This document shows positions 29,085 through 38,139 of a stretch of DNA of 64,000 nucleotides, piece after piece. Position numbers and translations under genes: made by a program. Origin of the DNA: an uncultured Methanomassiliicoccales archaeon. Its GTDB lineage: Archaea; Thermoplasmatota; Thermoplasmata; Methanomassiliicoccales; CAZOLG01. The notes beneath the pieces are model-generated. The model was not told the DNA's origin. It was given only the letters and a program-made list of their open reading frames with translations, and ran no database searches. Where the stretch lies: the NCBI GenBank assembly GCA_964580935.1, contig CAZOLG010000005.1, positions 10,988-74,987 of the forward strand, given 5' to 3'. Within the stretch, counting starts at the first letter, position 1. The number at the start of each line of letters is the position of its first letter.

Positions 29085-29846
29085 ATGAGTTATACGATTG
29101 CAGTTGCAGGCAAAGGTGGTGTGGGTAAATCCACCATCTCGTCTATACTAGTGAGAACGATAGTCCAGAAGGTCGATGATATAATACTCGCCGTTGATGC
29201 CGACCCTAACGCCAACCTGGGAGAGAAACTGGGAGTTCCAGTAGAGAAGACCATCGGAGACCTTAGAGAGGACCTTCTCAATGAGGCGGAGGAGATACCG
29301 GCGGGTACCAGCAAGCAGGAATATGTGAGATACCAGCTGCGGTTGGCGATGTCGGAGGGAGAGATGTTCGATCTGCTCACCATGGGCCGACCAGAGGGGC
29401 CCGGATGCTACTGTTACATCAACAACATACTCAGAACATATCTGGACGGCATGATGGAGGAGTACCCCTACGTGGTCATCGACAACGAAGCGGGGATGGA
29501 GCATCTGTCCAGGAGGACTACCAAGAGGATGGATCTCCTGGCAGTGGTCACTGACGCCACCAAGGTGGGAGTGGAGACGGCAACAAGAATTGCAGAACTG
29601 GCAGAGGAGATGGAATTGAATGTCACCAACAGGGTCCTGCTGGTGAACCGGGTTCAGAACGACCTACATCCCGTGGTGAAGGAGGTCATCTCCAATTCAG
29701 GATTTGAAAACGTAATAAAGGTGCCCTTTGACAAACAGGTCGATGAGCTGACCATCGCGGGCAGACCCTTGACTGCGTTGGACAGAACCAGTTCGGCGGC
29801 GAGGACCATAAAGGACCTGGTGCAGCAGATCAGAGAGTGGAATTGA
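29085..29846 (+). CDS. cooC: CooC/AcsF-family Ni-insertion ATPase (copy 1)
   Basis: 253 aa. It has the deviant Walker A GKGGVGKST and the CxC Ni motif (GPGCYCYIN). Confidence 0.9.
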   Translation: MSYTIAVAGKGGVGKSTISSILVRTIVQKVDDIILAVDADPNANLGEKLGVPVEKTIGDLREDLLNEAEEIPAGTSKQEYVRYQLRLAMSEGEMFDLLTMGRPEGPGCYCYINNILRTYLDGMMEEYPYVVIDNEAGMEHLSRRTTKRMDLLAVVTDATKVGVETATRIAELAEEMELNVTNRVLLVNRVQNDLHPVVKEVISNSGFENVIKVPFDKQVDELTIAGRPLTALDRTSSAARTIKDLVQQIREWN

Positions 29847-29849
29847 AAA

Positions 29850-29896
29850 TAGAAGTAAGAGAAATAGAGGAAAAGATAAGGGTTTTTTAGGCTTTT
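29850..29896. terminator. Convergent intergenic region with oligo-T tracts on both strands
   Basis: T6 lies at 29883-29888 and T5 at 29893-29897 on the + strand. T-rich runs lie on the - strand downstream of acsC. Archaeal termination commonly uses oligo-dT. Confidence 0.35.
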
Positions 29897-31234
29897 TCAG
29901 TCCATTGACTTCAACAGCTTGGGGATCCCGCTCGACTCCTGCGGACCCACAATCACATCCAGTCCTGTGAGCTCCTCGAGCTTTCCGCTCATCCTGGAGA
30001 CCATACCCGGGATTATGATTTCTCCTCTCTTGGAATTCTCCTGGGCATCCGAATCTTCCAAGGCCTTGGCCACCAATTCAGGTGTCAGCTTTCCGGCCGC
30101 AAAAGCGGTCATCACAGACAGCCCTTCAGTGTCCACCACTTGAAGCCACACCGGCTTCTTGCTCTTCTCCACGTCCCCAATCACGGTGAAGTATGTCAGG
30201 GAGAAGTTGGTGGTGAATACTATCGGCGAATCCTCGTCGGGATCGTTCACCGCATACAATTTAGGCTCCACCTGGATCGGTACCTGCGGGTCTGTGTATA
30301 TGTTCTGACGCAACACGAACAGGGGCAGGGCGTGTTCTACCTTCAGCTCGTCAAAGGCCACCACGCTGCCGTACTTCATGGTGGCCACGATGCCCTTGAG
30401 TACCGACTTATCGCCGTCCAGTGCGTTGACGAAAATCGGGTATCCCAATCCCCTGAACGTCTTGTTGATGGAGATTCTCCTGACAATGGTGCTCTTCTCC
30501 AGTAGTTCCTTTAGATCGCTTGAACCGAAGTCGATGACTATTTTCTCCACTCCTGCCTTTTTCACCTTGTCCACCAGATCGGCCAGTTCGTCGAGGCTGC
30601 CGTCTTCAAATACCACCAGTGGGCAGTCCAGCTCGTCGGCAACCGATGCCATCTGGTCCGCGTTGTCAACGGTGGCCGCATGAAGGAGTGGTTTCTTATC
30701 AGCGATCCGCGAAGCTGCGGCCTTTATAGACTCAGGGTCTTTGGAAAACAGGATCAGAGGCAGTTCCGTACCGTTGGCCACTTTTTCCACGACCTCAGCG
30801 AATGCATCAGCATCCCCCGAATCGTCCCTGACCCCGACCATGTCCATCTTTATTATCTGGCCCACACGCTCGAACTGTAGCCCGTTCGCTTTGTTCACCT
30901 TGGCTTCTATCTCCTCATCAGAGGCCTTGTCGGAAACGGTGAGAGCGAAGGCTACAGGGTGGAAGAACTTCTTTTCGTGCCTGTACAACTCCGTCTCATC
31001 TCCCATCTCGATCTGGTTCTCTCCAGTCCCCACTTTTACTAGCTTGATAGGCGGCGCAGACGAGGCTTCCAGTTCCGCCTTTGCATCATCAGAAACATTC
31101 GGGCAGTCCTCCAGTTCGACCTTCTGGTTGGCCAGCTGCATCGCAAAGGCCAGACAGGTGGGGAACCCGCAGTCGCCACAGTTGGTCTGGGGAAGTAATT
31201 TGAATATCTCCATAGCTGTAGGCATTTCAGTCAC
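29897..31234 (-). CDS. acsC: Corrinoid iron-sulfur protein large subunit (AcsC/CdhE)
   Basis: 445 aa. The N-terminal [4Fe-4S] motif is NCGDCGFPTCLAFAM...CP. It looks colinear with Moorella AcsC as I remember it (TNFSLTY, IVGPQESSGI). Confidence 0.9.
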   Translation of the reverse strand: MTEMPTAMEIFKLLPQTNCGDCGFPTCLAFAMQLANQKVELEDCPNVSDDAKAELEASSAPPIKLVKVGTGENQIEMGDETELYRHEKKFFHPVAFALTVSDKASDEEIEAKVNKANGLQFERVGQIIKMDMVGVRDDSGDADAFAEVVEKVANGTELPLILFSKDPESIKAAASRIADKKPLLHAATVDNADQMASVADELDCPLVVFEDGSLDELADLVDKVKKAGVEKIVIDFGSSDLKELLEKSTIVRRISINKTFRGLGYPIFVNALDGDKSVLKGIVATMKYGSVVAFDELKVEHALPLFVLRQNIYTDPQVPIQVEPKLYAVNDPDEDSPIVFTTNFSLTYFTVIGDVEKSKKPVWLQVVDTEGLSVMTAFAAGKLTPELVAKALEDSDAQENSKRGEIIIPGMVSRMSGKLEELTGLDVIVGPQESSGIPKLLKSMD

Positions 31235-32177
31235 CTCCTCTCAGGTCGTCCACCGCTTCATTGATTATCTTCATTGCCCCAGGGCTGCGCACAATAAGCA
31301 TATCCGCCCCGGACATGATGGCTGCTATACCGGTGGTCGCCTCCCACCAGTCGCCTCGCTCCTTCACGTCCCCCAACTCAGGGCTAGGATCTGTGGCTTC
31401 TCTTGCTCCCCATGCTGCCGAAGCGTCGCATATCATGGGGTTCTGCAGTATGTTGTCCCCCATCAGAGCCGCCAGGCGTATTCTCTCGTTGACCGAGTAA
31501 GAGTATTCTAGTCCCACCCCCAGAGCGGCCATCAACGGATCGGCTATGACGTCTTCGAGATCAACATCGAAGTCCGTGAGCAAGATATTGATCTGCTTGG
31601 CCAGGTTGATATCAAGGTTTGAGAATCCGATGAGGACATGGTCATTAGACATCGCGGCCGCCGATATGGACTTATAGGCGTCCTCCTCGGCATGGCCCAG
31701 TACCAGACGTTCATCGGGGGCCGCGTTGCTCACCGCCTCCATCGTCTTGGCGTCCGTGTCCTCGTGACCGCATCCGTAAACGATGAGGGGCAGCTTTACA
31801 GTGTCCAATACCTCCTTCACCGTCTCGGCTGCCTCTTCTGGAGAACGGTCCTCTTCTTCAGGGTTGGTGGACAGGAACCTGAGGCATATCGCATCCGCCC
31901 CGAATTCCTCCCACTTCTTCGCCCATTGGGCGGGGTCGTCCACCGCATCGCCAAATACCTCCCTGACCACATCTGGGAAATCCTTGAGTTTATCCAAGAC
32001 CTCTCCAGCAATAGCCGGTCGATGAGGCGATTCGTTCTCGAAGGATAGGAAGGGTAGACCGGTCTGTCCACCGATTGTCACTGTGTTCCTTGAACCTCCC
32101 TCTTCCTCCCCCTTTCCTAGTGTCACTTCTCTAATCTTACCGCTCCATTCTTCTTTTGGCAAAGGTACTTCAGTCAT
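31227..32177 (-). CDS. acsD: Corrinoid iron-sulfur protein small subunit (AcsD/CdhD)
   Basis: 316 aa, a TIM-barrel AcsD-like protein. It overlaps acsC by 8 nt and lies directly downstream of the CODH/ACS gene. Confidence 0.88.
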   Translation of the reverse strand: MTEVPLPKEEWSGKIREVTLGKGEEEGGSRNTVTIGGQTGLPFLSFENESPHRPAIAGEVLDKLKDFPDVVREVFGDAVDDPAQWAKKWEEFGADAICLRFLSTNPEEEDRSPEEAAETVKEVLDTVKLPLIVYGCGHEDTDAKTMEAVSNAAPDERLVLGHAEEDAYKSISAAAMSNDHVLIGFSNLDINLAKQINILLTDFDVDLEDVIADPLMAALGVGLEYSYSVNERIRLAALMGDNILQNPMICDASAAWGAREATDPSPELGDVKERGDWWEATTGIAAIMSGADMLIVRSPGAMKIINEAVDDLRGGD

Positions 32178-32199
32178 TGAACTTCCTCCTTTTCGATGT

Positions 32200-35100
32200 T
32201 CAACTTATCAATGGGGGCATATCCAGGGCGGGATGGTCCACCTTCTGCATCCACTCGGTAAGACCCTGCGCGTCGGTGCAGATCGTCTCATCCGCTATCT
32301 TCTCCACGAAGTCTGGTTTTCCAAGTTCCTCGGCCCTCTCCTTCAGATCGTCCATCAGTGCTTCCTTCAACGACTTGGGCATCCAGGCAATACGGAAAAA
32401 GCCGCCGTCCGCGGGGATGAACTTCTCGCTGATCAGGTATTTCCTACCCACACCTATGAATCCCGGAGTCTGTTTTCCACCGCCGACAGAACCGGCCAGT
32501 GTGGAGAACTTCATTCCCAAAGGAGTTATTCCCGGGTACTCACGGTTGACCACCACCACTCCCTGCATGTCTGTGGTCATACCCACGATGCATTCGAAAC
32601 ACCCGCAGGAAGTCATCGGGTCCTCCATCATTGTGTAGGCATTGAACTTCTTCAGCTTGTGATGGCTGTATTCATAGACGGCCTCGTTAACTCCTTTCCA
32701 CTGGCCCTTCTCTGCGTCAATGACCTCTCCTTTCTCTATTGGCTGGTTGGGTCCGGTAGGGGTGATCTCTTTGCTTGCCCTGGCATCGAGCCAGTTGATC
32801 GCACCGCACAGGCCCAGTCTCTGGGGAGTGATCACGCATACGTGGTCGGGGGCGAACGACTGACAGAGAGTGCAGGAATAGAAGATATCCACCGCCTCGT
32901 CGGTGAGGTCAGCGATCCGCTCGTCCCTCTTCTCGTAGGCCTCCTTGGCCTCGGGTATGTAGTCCTGCATCGCCTCTTCGTCGGTGAGCACCGTTACCTG
33001 AACCCTGCTTATGATGTTCCCGAACTCTTCCTTCAACTTTGTTATTAGTATGTCTCCGATGTGTTTGAACCGGAGCCCAGCGTTGACCGAACTCTTGCTC
33101 AACCGGATCCACAGAATGTCCCTCTGTCCGGTGTGCCATCCTCCCTCAGCGAAGTTAATGAACTGGTGTATCCTCCTTTCGAGCACGGACTCGAAGTCTT
33201 CTTCCATCTTCTTACCGTACACTTCGACCACGATGCCGAGGGGGCTCTTTCCGCCCTCTTCCATCTCATCAACGTCCTTTCCGATGAGGGTGATCTTTCC
33301 ATCTTCCACCTCGTCCTCGTCCCTCATCTTGAGGATCTCGAAAGCGGTGGTCTTGGCCGCTCCGCCAGCTTCGATGTACGTCTGCGGCCTCCTGACCGTC
33401 TCCCCCTCAAAAGCGGGACCATAGGCCACAGGTATGTCGACGGGTTCCAGCTTGACCTGTATGTCTCTGACCTCGATGGCGGTCTGGATCATCTTCTCGT
33501 AGTCCTTCTGCACCACGTACTTATCAGGTATCTCCTCCACCTCCTGGTCAGTGATGGTCGGAGAGCCGTTGAACATTACCGCGAACTCGGCCGCGGCCTT
33601 GATATGGTCGATGGGGCCCATCTGAAGCACGAAGACCTTGGGCCTCTTGGAGAGGTACTTGTACAGTGACTCCCTGTCTCCTCTTTCAACCCCTCCGAAT
33701 GAGAGTGCTGCCCTTATTGCGAAGTTCAGTCCGTGTATGGCCTGAGTGAACTCTCCCACAGGGTAAAGCATGATGTCCAAGCCCATCTGTATGCCCTCGT
33801 CCTGCAGTTGCCTGATGACATCGAATGTGGCTATGATCAGCATACCCTTGCTCTGACAGTCACGGACCACCTTGGCCAGTTTTTCAGGGTCTTCTGCGGT
33901 CCCCACGAGGACCGCTGCTCCCGGTATTGTGTCGTCCACGAAGTCGATCCCCAGTTCCCTGAGCACCATGTCGGGAACGAATCCGCAGTACGGTGTATCC
34001 TCGTAGGGGTCGTCCGTCTCCACGTACTTCAGTGCCTCTACGATCTCCGCGGAGATCATAGTGGCCTCTCCCGCGATAAGAGCGTTCTCGTAGGTGGACT
34101 CCTCCCGGATCTTGTTCCGGACCTTGCCCAGTATCGTGGGCAGGTCGCCGAGTTTCTTCACCTCGGCACCGTCCCAGGCGAAAATGGAGGGCAGCTCATA
34201 CCCAGTATCCGGGTATTCCACCGGCTCCTGGTACCCGTATCGATCGATGGCCACTCCCAGCAGCTGATCAGCGTACCCAGTAGCGATAATCGCTCCCTCG
34301 ATGGCCATCTCGTAAAGCCTCTCCTGACTGATGGGTTCACCCTCCTCTCTCACGTAAGTATTATCCAGTCGCAGTACCCATCTCCTGTACTCCAGCGTGT
34401 TAAGGATCTTGTCCGCGGCCTTCATGGGGTCCTTCTCGAAGATGAAGTACCCGCCGTAGACGTCCCTGGCCGTGTTCTCCAGTACCTCGGTCACCAGGGA
34501 TGAACCGTAGATGTAGTTGATTGTGCCTACATGGGTGGGCATCCCCATGGCCACACACCAGGCACCGATGGTCACCGCTTTTTCGTGGTTAGCTTCCGGT
34601 GCTGAGGCCACGAACGGTATCTCGTCCACATCGGTATCGAACCTCTCTGCTATGGCAGTGGCGAAATTGGCCGCCCTGCTGTTGTCCACGCAGGAGCCCA
34701 TGTGCCATATGGGTGGCAGGTCGACCCCGTTCTCCCCCTTCAGCCCGCTGATGAATTTGTTAAGGCCTTCTCCGGCGTACTCCTCCAGTGCCTCCGAGGA
34801 CATCAGACCTTCCTTGGCCAGTGCGGCGGCCGAACAGCCAGTGGTCACGATCAGCACGTCATTGGCTATCAACTCCTTGGCTATGGTCACGTGGTTGTAA
34901 TCCTGAACCGCATTCTGGTTGTTACAGCCGGCCATCAGTGCCACGCCCCTGATGGTGCCGTCTTTGATGTTATCTATGATGTGCATCAACGGATCAGATT
35001 CGTTGTAAGGGGAGCAGAGTTCCTCGATCTGCTCGAGGCTGAACCCGGCAATCACCTCGTTCTTGATGTCAGGGATGAAAATATTCTCGTTGTCTTCCCT

Positions 35101-36279
35101 CTGAGTATAGGCCTCTATCGCCAGCCTTATGATGGCCCTGGCGCTCTCTTCAGCGTCCTCCTCCCTAAACTGTATATGTGTATCATTGGGAAGTCGCACG
35201 TTAGGCATGGTGGTGGTCATCTTGGTGGGAAGACAGGAACACAACTGGGCCATGGAGGGAACGATACACTGATAGTCAGCCACCACCAGGTCCACAGCGC
35301 CCGTAGAAAGCACCAACTCCTGGGAGGAGAAGTTAGCGGCCATCGGGACCCCCTTTCGCATCAGAGTCTCGTTCCCGGTACAGCATATACCTATGATATT
35401 GATTCCCTCAGCACCAGCATCCTTGGCCTCATCCTCCATCTCTTTGGCCACGTCCACCACCACATCACTGAGCACTGGGTTGTGGCCGTGAACGGCTATA
35501 TTGACCATGTCCTTGTTGATGGCCCCCAGATTGGCCATGGTTTTCACCAGTTTCGGGGTGCCGAACAGGATGTCGGAGAGGTCCGTTGAGATCTGCTCAC
35601 CGGTGAGATCCGCGACGGCGGCATTTATTCCGGCGAACAGGATGGGTACTGGATCGGCGTCACACCCAAGGGTGGTGCGATGCATGATATCCGAGATTGA
35701 CTGCTCAATATTATTGGGCATCACGCCCAGTCTTTTCCACAGGGCAATCCTGTCCTCTGTGATCGTAGAGGTGGCAAATCTGGTGGGCACTTCCTCATGC
35801 CGGTTGAAATCGTCCCAGACCACCTCCAGTATTTCTTCCATCACATCGTGTTCTTCGACACCCTCGGTCTCAATACCCAGACGGCCGGCAACTCTCTCCA
35901 GCTTCTCCTTATCCTTAATACTGTAAGCGGGAGCTTTTCCCTCTAGGACCTTGTGAACCGTCTCTGCCAGGTGTCTTCCGTGACCGGAGTGGGCAGCCGC
36001 CCCTCCAGCGATATTCCTTATCAGATTTCGGGCCACTATGGTGTAGGCTCTCGCACCGCAGATCCCCTTGTCCGGTTTGCCTCCGAAGGGGTTGATCCGA
36101 CAGGGGCCCTGGAGGCAGTTCCTGCAACATATACCGAGCTCTCCGAAGCCGCACTGGGGCTGCATGGCTTCGAACCGGTCCCACATCGTCTCTATATTCT
36201 TGTCAGCAGCAACGGGCAGACACTGCATTACGGCCTCATCGCAACTTCTCCCTAGATCTATCTTATCTTTAGACTCCAT
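32200..36279 (-). CDS. acsAB: Single-polypeptide fusion of CooS/AcsA-type Ni-CO dehydrogenase (aa 1 to ~636) and full-length AcsB acetyl-CoA synthase (aa ~650 to 1359)
   Basis: One uninterrupted 1359-aa ORF. The N-terminal half carries CODH motifs: QPQCGFGELGICCRNCLQGPCRI, HGHNP, ICCTGNE, GCNN, MGSCVDNSR. The C-terminal half carries AcsB motifs: ATGYADQLL, YPDTGYELP, the A-cluster ligands SCTLCQSFAPDHVC, LCGA and TSCGCFE, and IAWMPKSLK. The junction is ...LEYRRWVLRLDNTYVREEGEPISQERLYEM... (about nt 34324-34371). Confidence 0.9.
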   Translation of the reverse strand: MESKDKIDLGRSCDEAVMQCLPVAADKNIETMWDRFEAMQPQCGFGELGICCRNCLQGPCRINPFGGKPDKGICGARAYTIVARNLIRNIAGGAAAHSGHGRHLAETVHKVLEGKAPAYSIKDKEKLERVAGRLGIETEGVEEHDVMEEILEVVWDDFNRHEEVPTRFATSTITEDRIALWKRLGVMPNNIEQSISDIMHRTTLGCDADPVPILFAGINAAVADLTGEQISTDLSDILFGTPKLVKTMANLGAINKDMVNIAVHGHNPVLSDVVVDVAKEMEDEAKDAGAEGINIIGICCTGNETLMRKGVPMAANFSSQELVLSTGAVDLVVADYQCIVPSMAQLCSCLPTKMTTTMPNVRLPNDTHIQFREEDAEESARAIIRLAIEAYTQREDNENIFIPDIKNEVIAGFSLEQIEELCSPYNESDPLMHIIDNIKDGTIRGVALMAGCNNQNAVQDYNHVTIAKELIANDVLIVTTGCSAAALAKEGLMSSEALEEYAGEGLNKFISGLKGENGVDLPPIWHMGSCVDNSRAANFATAIAERFDTDVDEIPFVASAPEANHEKAVTIGAWCVAMGMPTHVGTINYIYGSSLVTEVLENTARDVYGGYFIFEKDPMKAADKILNTLEYRRWVLRLDNTYVREEGEPISQERLYEMAIEGAIIATGYADQLLGVAIDRYGYQEPVEYPDTGYELPSIFAWDGAEVKKLGDLPTILGKVRNKIREESTYENALIAGEATMISAEIVEALKYVETDDPYEDTPYCGFVPDMVLRELGIDFVDDTIPGAAVLVGTAEDPEKLAKVVRDCQSKGMLIIATFDVIRQLQDEGIQMGLDIMLYPVGEFTQAIHGLNFAIRAALSFGGVERGDRESLYKYLSKRPKVFVLQMGPIDHIKAAAEFAVMFNGSPTITDQEVEEIPDKYVVQKDYEKMIQTAIEVRDIQVKLEPVDIPVAYGPAFEGETVRRPQTYIEAGGAAKTTAFEILKMRDEDEVEDGKITLIGKDVDEMEEGGKSPLGIVVEVYGKKMEEDFESVLERRIHQFINFAEGGWHTGQRDILWIRLSKSSVNAGLRFKHIGDILITKLKEEFGNIISRVQVTVLTDEEAMQDYIPEAKEAYEKRDERIADLTDEAVDIFYSCTLCQSFAPDHVCVITPQRLGLCGAINWLDARASKEITPTGPNQPIEKGEVIDAEKGQWKGVNEAVYEYSHHKLKKFNAYTMMEDPMTSCGCFECIVGMTTDMQGVVVVNREYPGITPLGMKFSTLAGSVGGGKQTPGFIGVGRKYLISEKFIPADGGFFRIAWMPKSLKEALMDDLKERAEELGKPDFVEKIADETICTDAQGLTEWMQKVDHPALDMPPLIS

Positions 36280-36810
36280 CCAAATCCTCTCCCGTGGTTA
36301 CCTACAAATTGAAGCTTATCCAATTCCTGAGAAAATGTTCTAGTAGAATGAGCGGGTTTCATTAACCTCCCGCAAAACACATCCTTCTCATTGGTCACCG
36401 TACATCCTCCCAGAAAAAACGATCCTCCCTCCCCCAGTGAATAGCCGGGACTACTGGCGATGTCATAACGCGGGCTATCTATTCGGGAAGGGGTAATTGT
36501 CCCTCTCATGGGCACACCCACTCACCAAGGAAATTCACCATCCAGTGAATCTTCTCAGCGCTGGCACTGCGAGATTGTGATGGTCATACTTTAATGTTTT
36601 CGTCCTTTGTCGAAGCCGGGTAGGTTCATAGCGTTTACGCCCGCCCAAGAGAGAAGGAGCTTTGCCTCTTTGAACATGTGGGGCAGCCACCATCCTCGAC
36701 ATTGTGTGAATGGGTGATTGCCTCACTGGATACTCAGAAGAGTTGATCATAGAGGGGCACTTTCAGGCGAATCGATGTGAATGACGCTGGCCGGAAGGAT
36801 GACAAGAGTC

Positions 36811-36828
36811 ATTCGTCATATGACGAAT
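36811..36828. promoter_or_regulatory. Perfect 18-bp palindrome ATTCGTCATATGACGAAT, a candidate operator
   Basis: Read directly from the sequence. It lies 30 nt downstream of the ACT-protein stop and ~530 nt upstream of the acsAB start. Additional ATGAC half-site-like copies occur at 36780-36805. Confidence 0.3.
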
Positions 36829-36857
36829 ATCAAGTTCGCAAGATACAATACTACTGC

Positions 36858-37790
36858 TCAGAACTCGATATCATTTAGGGCCACCAGGCTGTACTCTCTC
36901 CTCATGTCGGAGAGGAACTCTTCGATGTTCTTCCTCAGATCATCTTTCCCTATGGGACAGCTACTGACATCGGCTATGAGATCCAGGGTCATCTTCTCGT
37001 AGTAAGAGAGTACCTTTGTGTAAACACTCAATAGATTGATGTCGTATTTCGCCAGGTACTCGGTCACCTGCTGTATGGCCCCCGGCCTGTCGGGTATGGT
37101 GAAGTCAATTTCCATCAACTGTATACCCGGTTTGAGCAGGGTGATAGAGAGTACCCAGGAATCGGTATCGCCGACCAGCATCACGGGATGGTTCTCCTCG
37201 ACACTCTCGAACAGTTCCAGGTACTCCTGGGGCACCTCGAATTCGCCGTTCTTGATCTCGGAAGAGCTCCGGTGCCTCCTCTTGACCACCTTGGTCTGCA
37301 CTGAGGACACAGACGGGGCCACGCCCTTGGTGTATCGATCGGAGATGTTCGATGGTTTGATCTCCAGTGCGTCCACCTTGTTAAGGGAGGGGTCGTTCTT
37401 CCCCTTCATAGTATTGAACTCATCCAGTAGTTCTTCATGGTCGCCATAGTAGCTCAGATCGACCAGCATCTTCCATACCATGCATACATCGGAGATCATA
37501 CTCAGAGAGACCGAATTCAAGATGTCTATATTCCTGTCGCCCATGAACTTGGCTATCTGAGCACATGCTCCTGGGATATCCACCATGTAGAAGGTGGCCG
37601 AGCATATCCTCCTGTAGTTCTCAGGTCCGAAGGTGGAGAGCACTATCTCATAGCTCCTAGAGCCGTTGTAATCGTACCTGAACATGGTGCTGAATACCTG
37701 GCTCCCGTCGGACAGGCCGAGTGGTTTACCTACCCTATCGCTCACCTTGACCTTACCGTCCTTCAACCTCGCGAAATCCCACAGTCTCAT
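36858..37790 (-). CDS. Uncharacterised protein with two ACT domains and a possible N-terminal AbrB/SpoVT-like domain
   Basis: 310 aa. The ACT-like segments are FYMVDIPGACAQIAKFMGDRNIDILNS and FTIPDRPGAIQQVTEYLAKYDINLLSV. The N-terminal GKVKVSDRVGKPLGLSDGSQV resembles a swapped-hairpin DNA-binding motif; this match is weak. Confidence 0.55.
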   Translation of the reverse strand: MRLWDFARLKDGKVKVSDRVGKPLGLSDGSQVFSTMFRYDYNGSRSYEIVLSTFGPENYRRICSATFYMVDIPGACAQIAKFMGDRNIDILNSVSLSMISDVCMVWKMLVDLSYYGDHEELLDEFNTMKGKNDPSLNKVDALEIKPSNISDRYTKGVAPSVSSVQTKVVKRRHRSSSEIKNGEFEVPQEYLELFESVEENHPVMLVGDTDSWVLSITLLKPGIQLMEIDFTIPDRPGAIQQVTEYLAKYDINLLSVYTKVLSYYEKMTLDLIADVSSCPIGKDDLRKNIEEFLSDMRREYSLVALNDIEF

Positions 37791-38139
37791 GTGACCGCCC
37801 CTGGCAACGTACTCATCTAGGATAAATGTTGTGTAGTACTGAAAAGGTTTGCTAGCCGCCTCTGCGACGTGCCCGTACGGGGCTGTGCTTTGCTCCCGGC
37901 AGTAACGGCCTTTGGAACGATGGAAAAGTTCTTAGGGAGGTAATTTCAGGTTACCCGTATTGGCTGCGGGCTCGTGTAAGATACGGTCTCATGGATCCTC
38001 TGATAGCAACTGAGAATTCGATCATCTGCAGGCCGGGTACTGACTTCTTGGGACTATTAATATCTTCACTGGGCCTGACGGCAGTGGGATTGCTGGTGGC
38101 AAAGCGCCTAATGAACAGGTGAGGGGGAGCCATTGAAGA

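Noticed and set aside
32083-36343. There are long + strand ORFs (up to 321 aa) overlapping acsD and acsAB.
   Set aside because: They are shadow ORFs opposite a strongly supported, motif-rich gene. Their sequences are His/Gly/Val/Leu-biased with no recognisable domains.
36258-36750. There are two minus-strand ORFs (87 and 71 aa) in the acsAB upstream region.
   Set aside because: They have no Shine-Dalgarno or TATA context and basic, Pro/Arg-rich compositions unlike the real proteins here. I treat the region as a non-coding leader; see the finding on 36280-37790.
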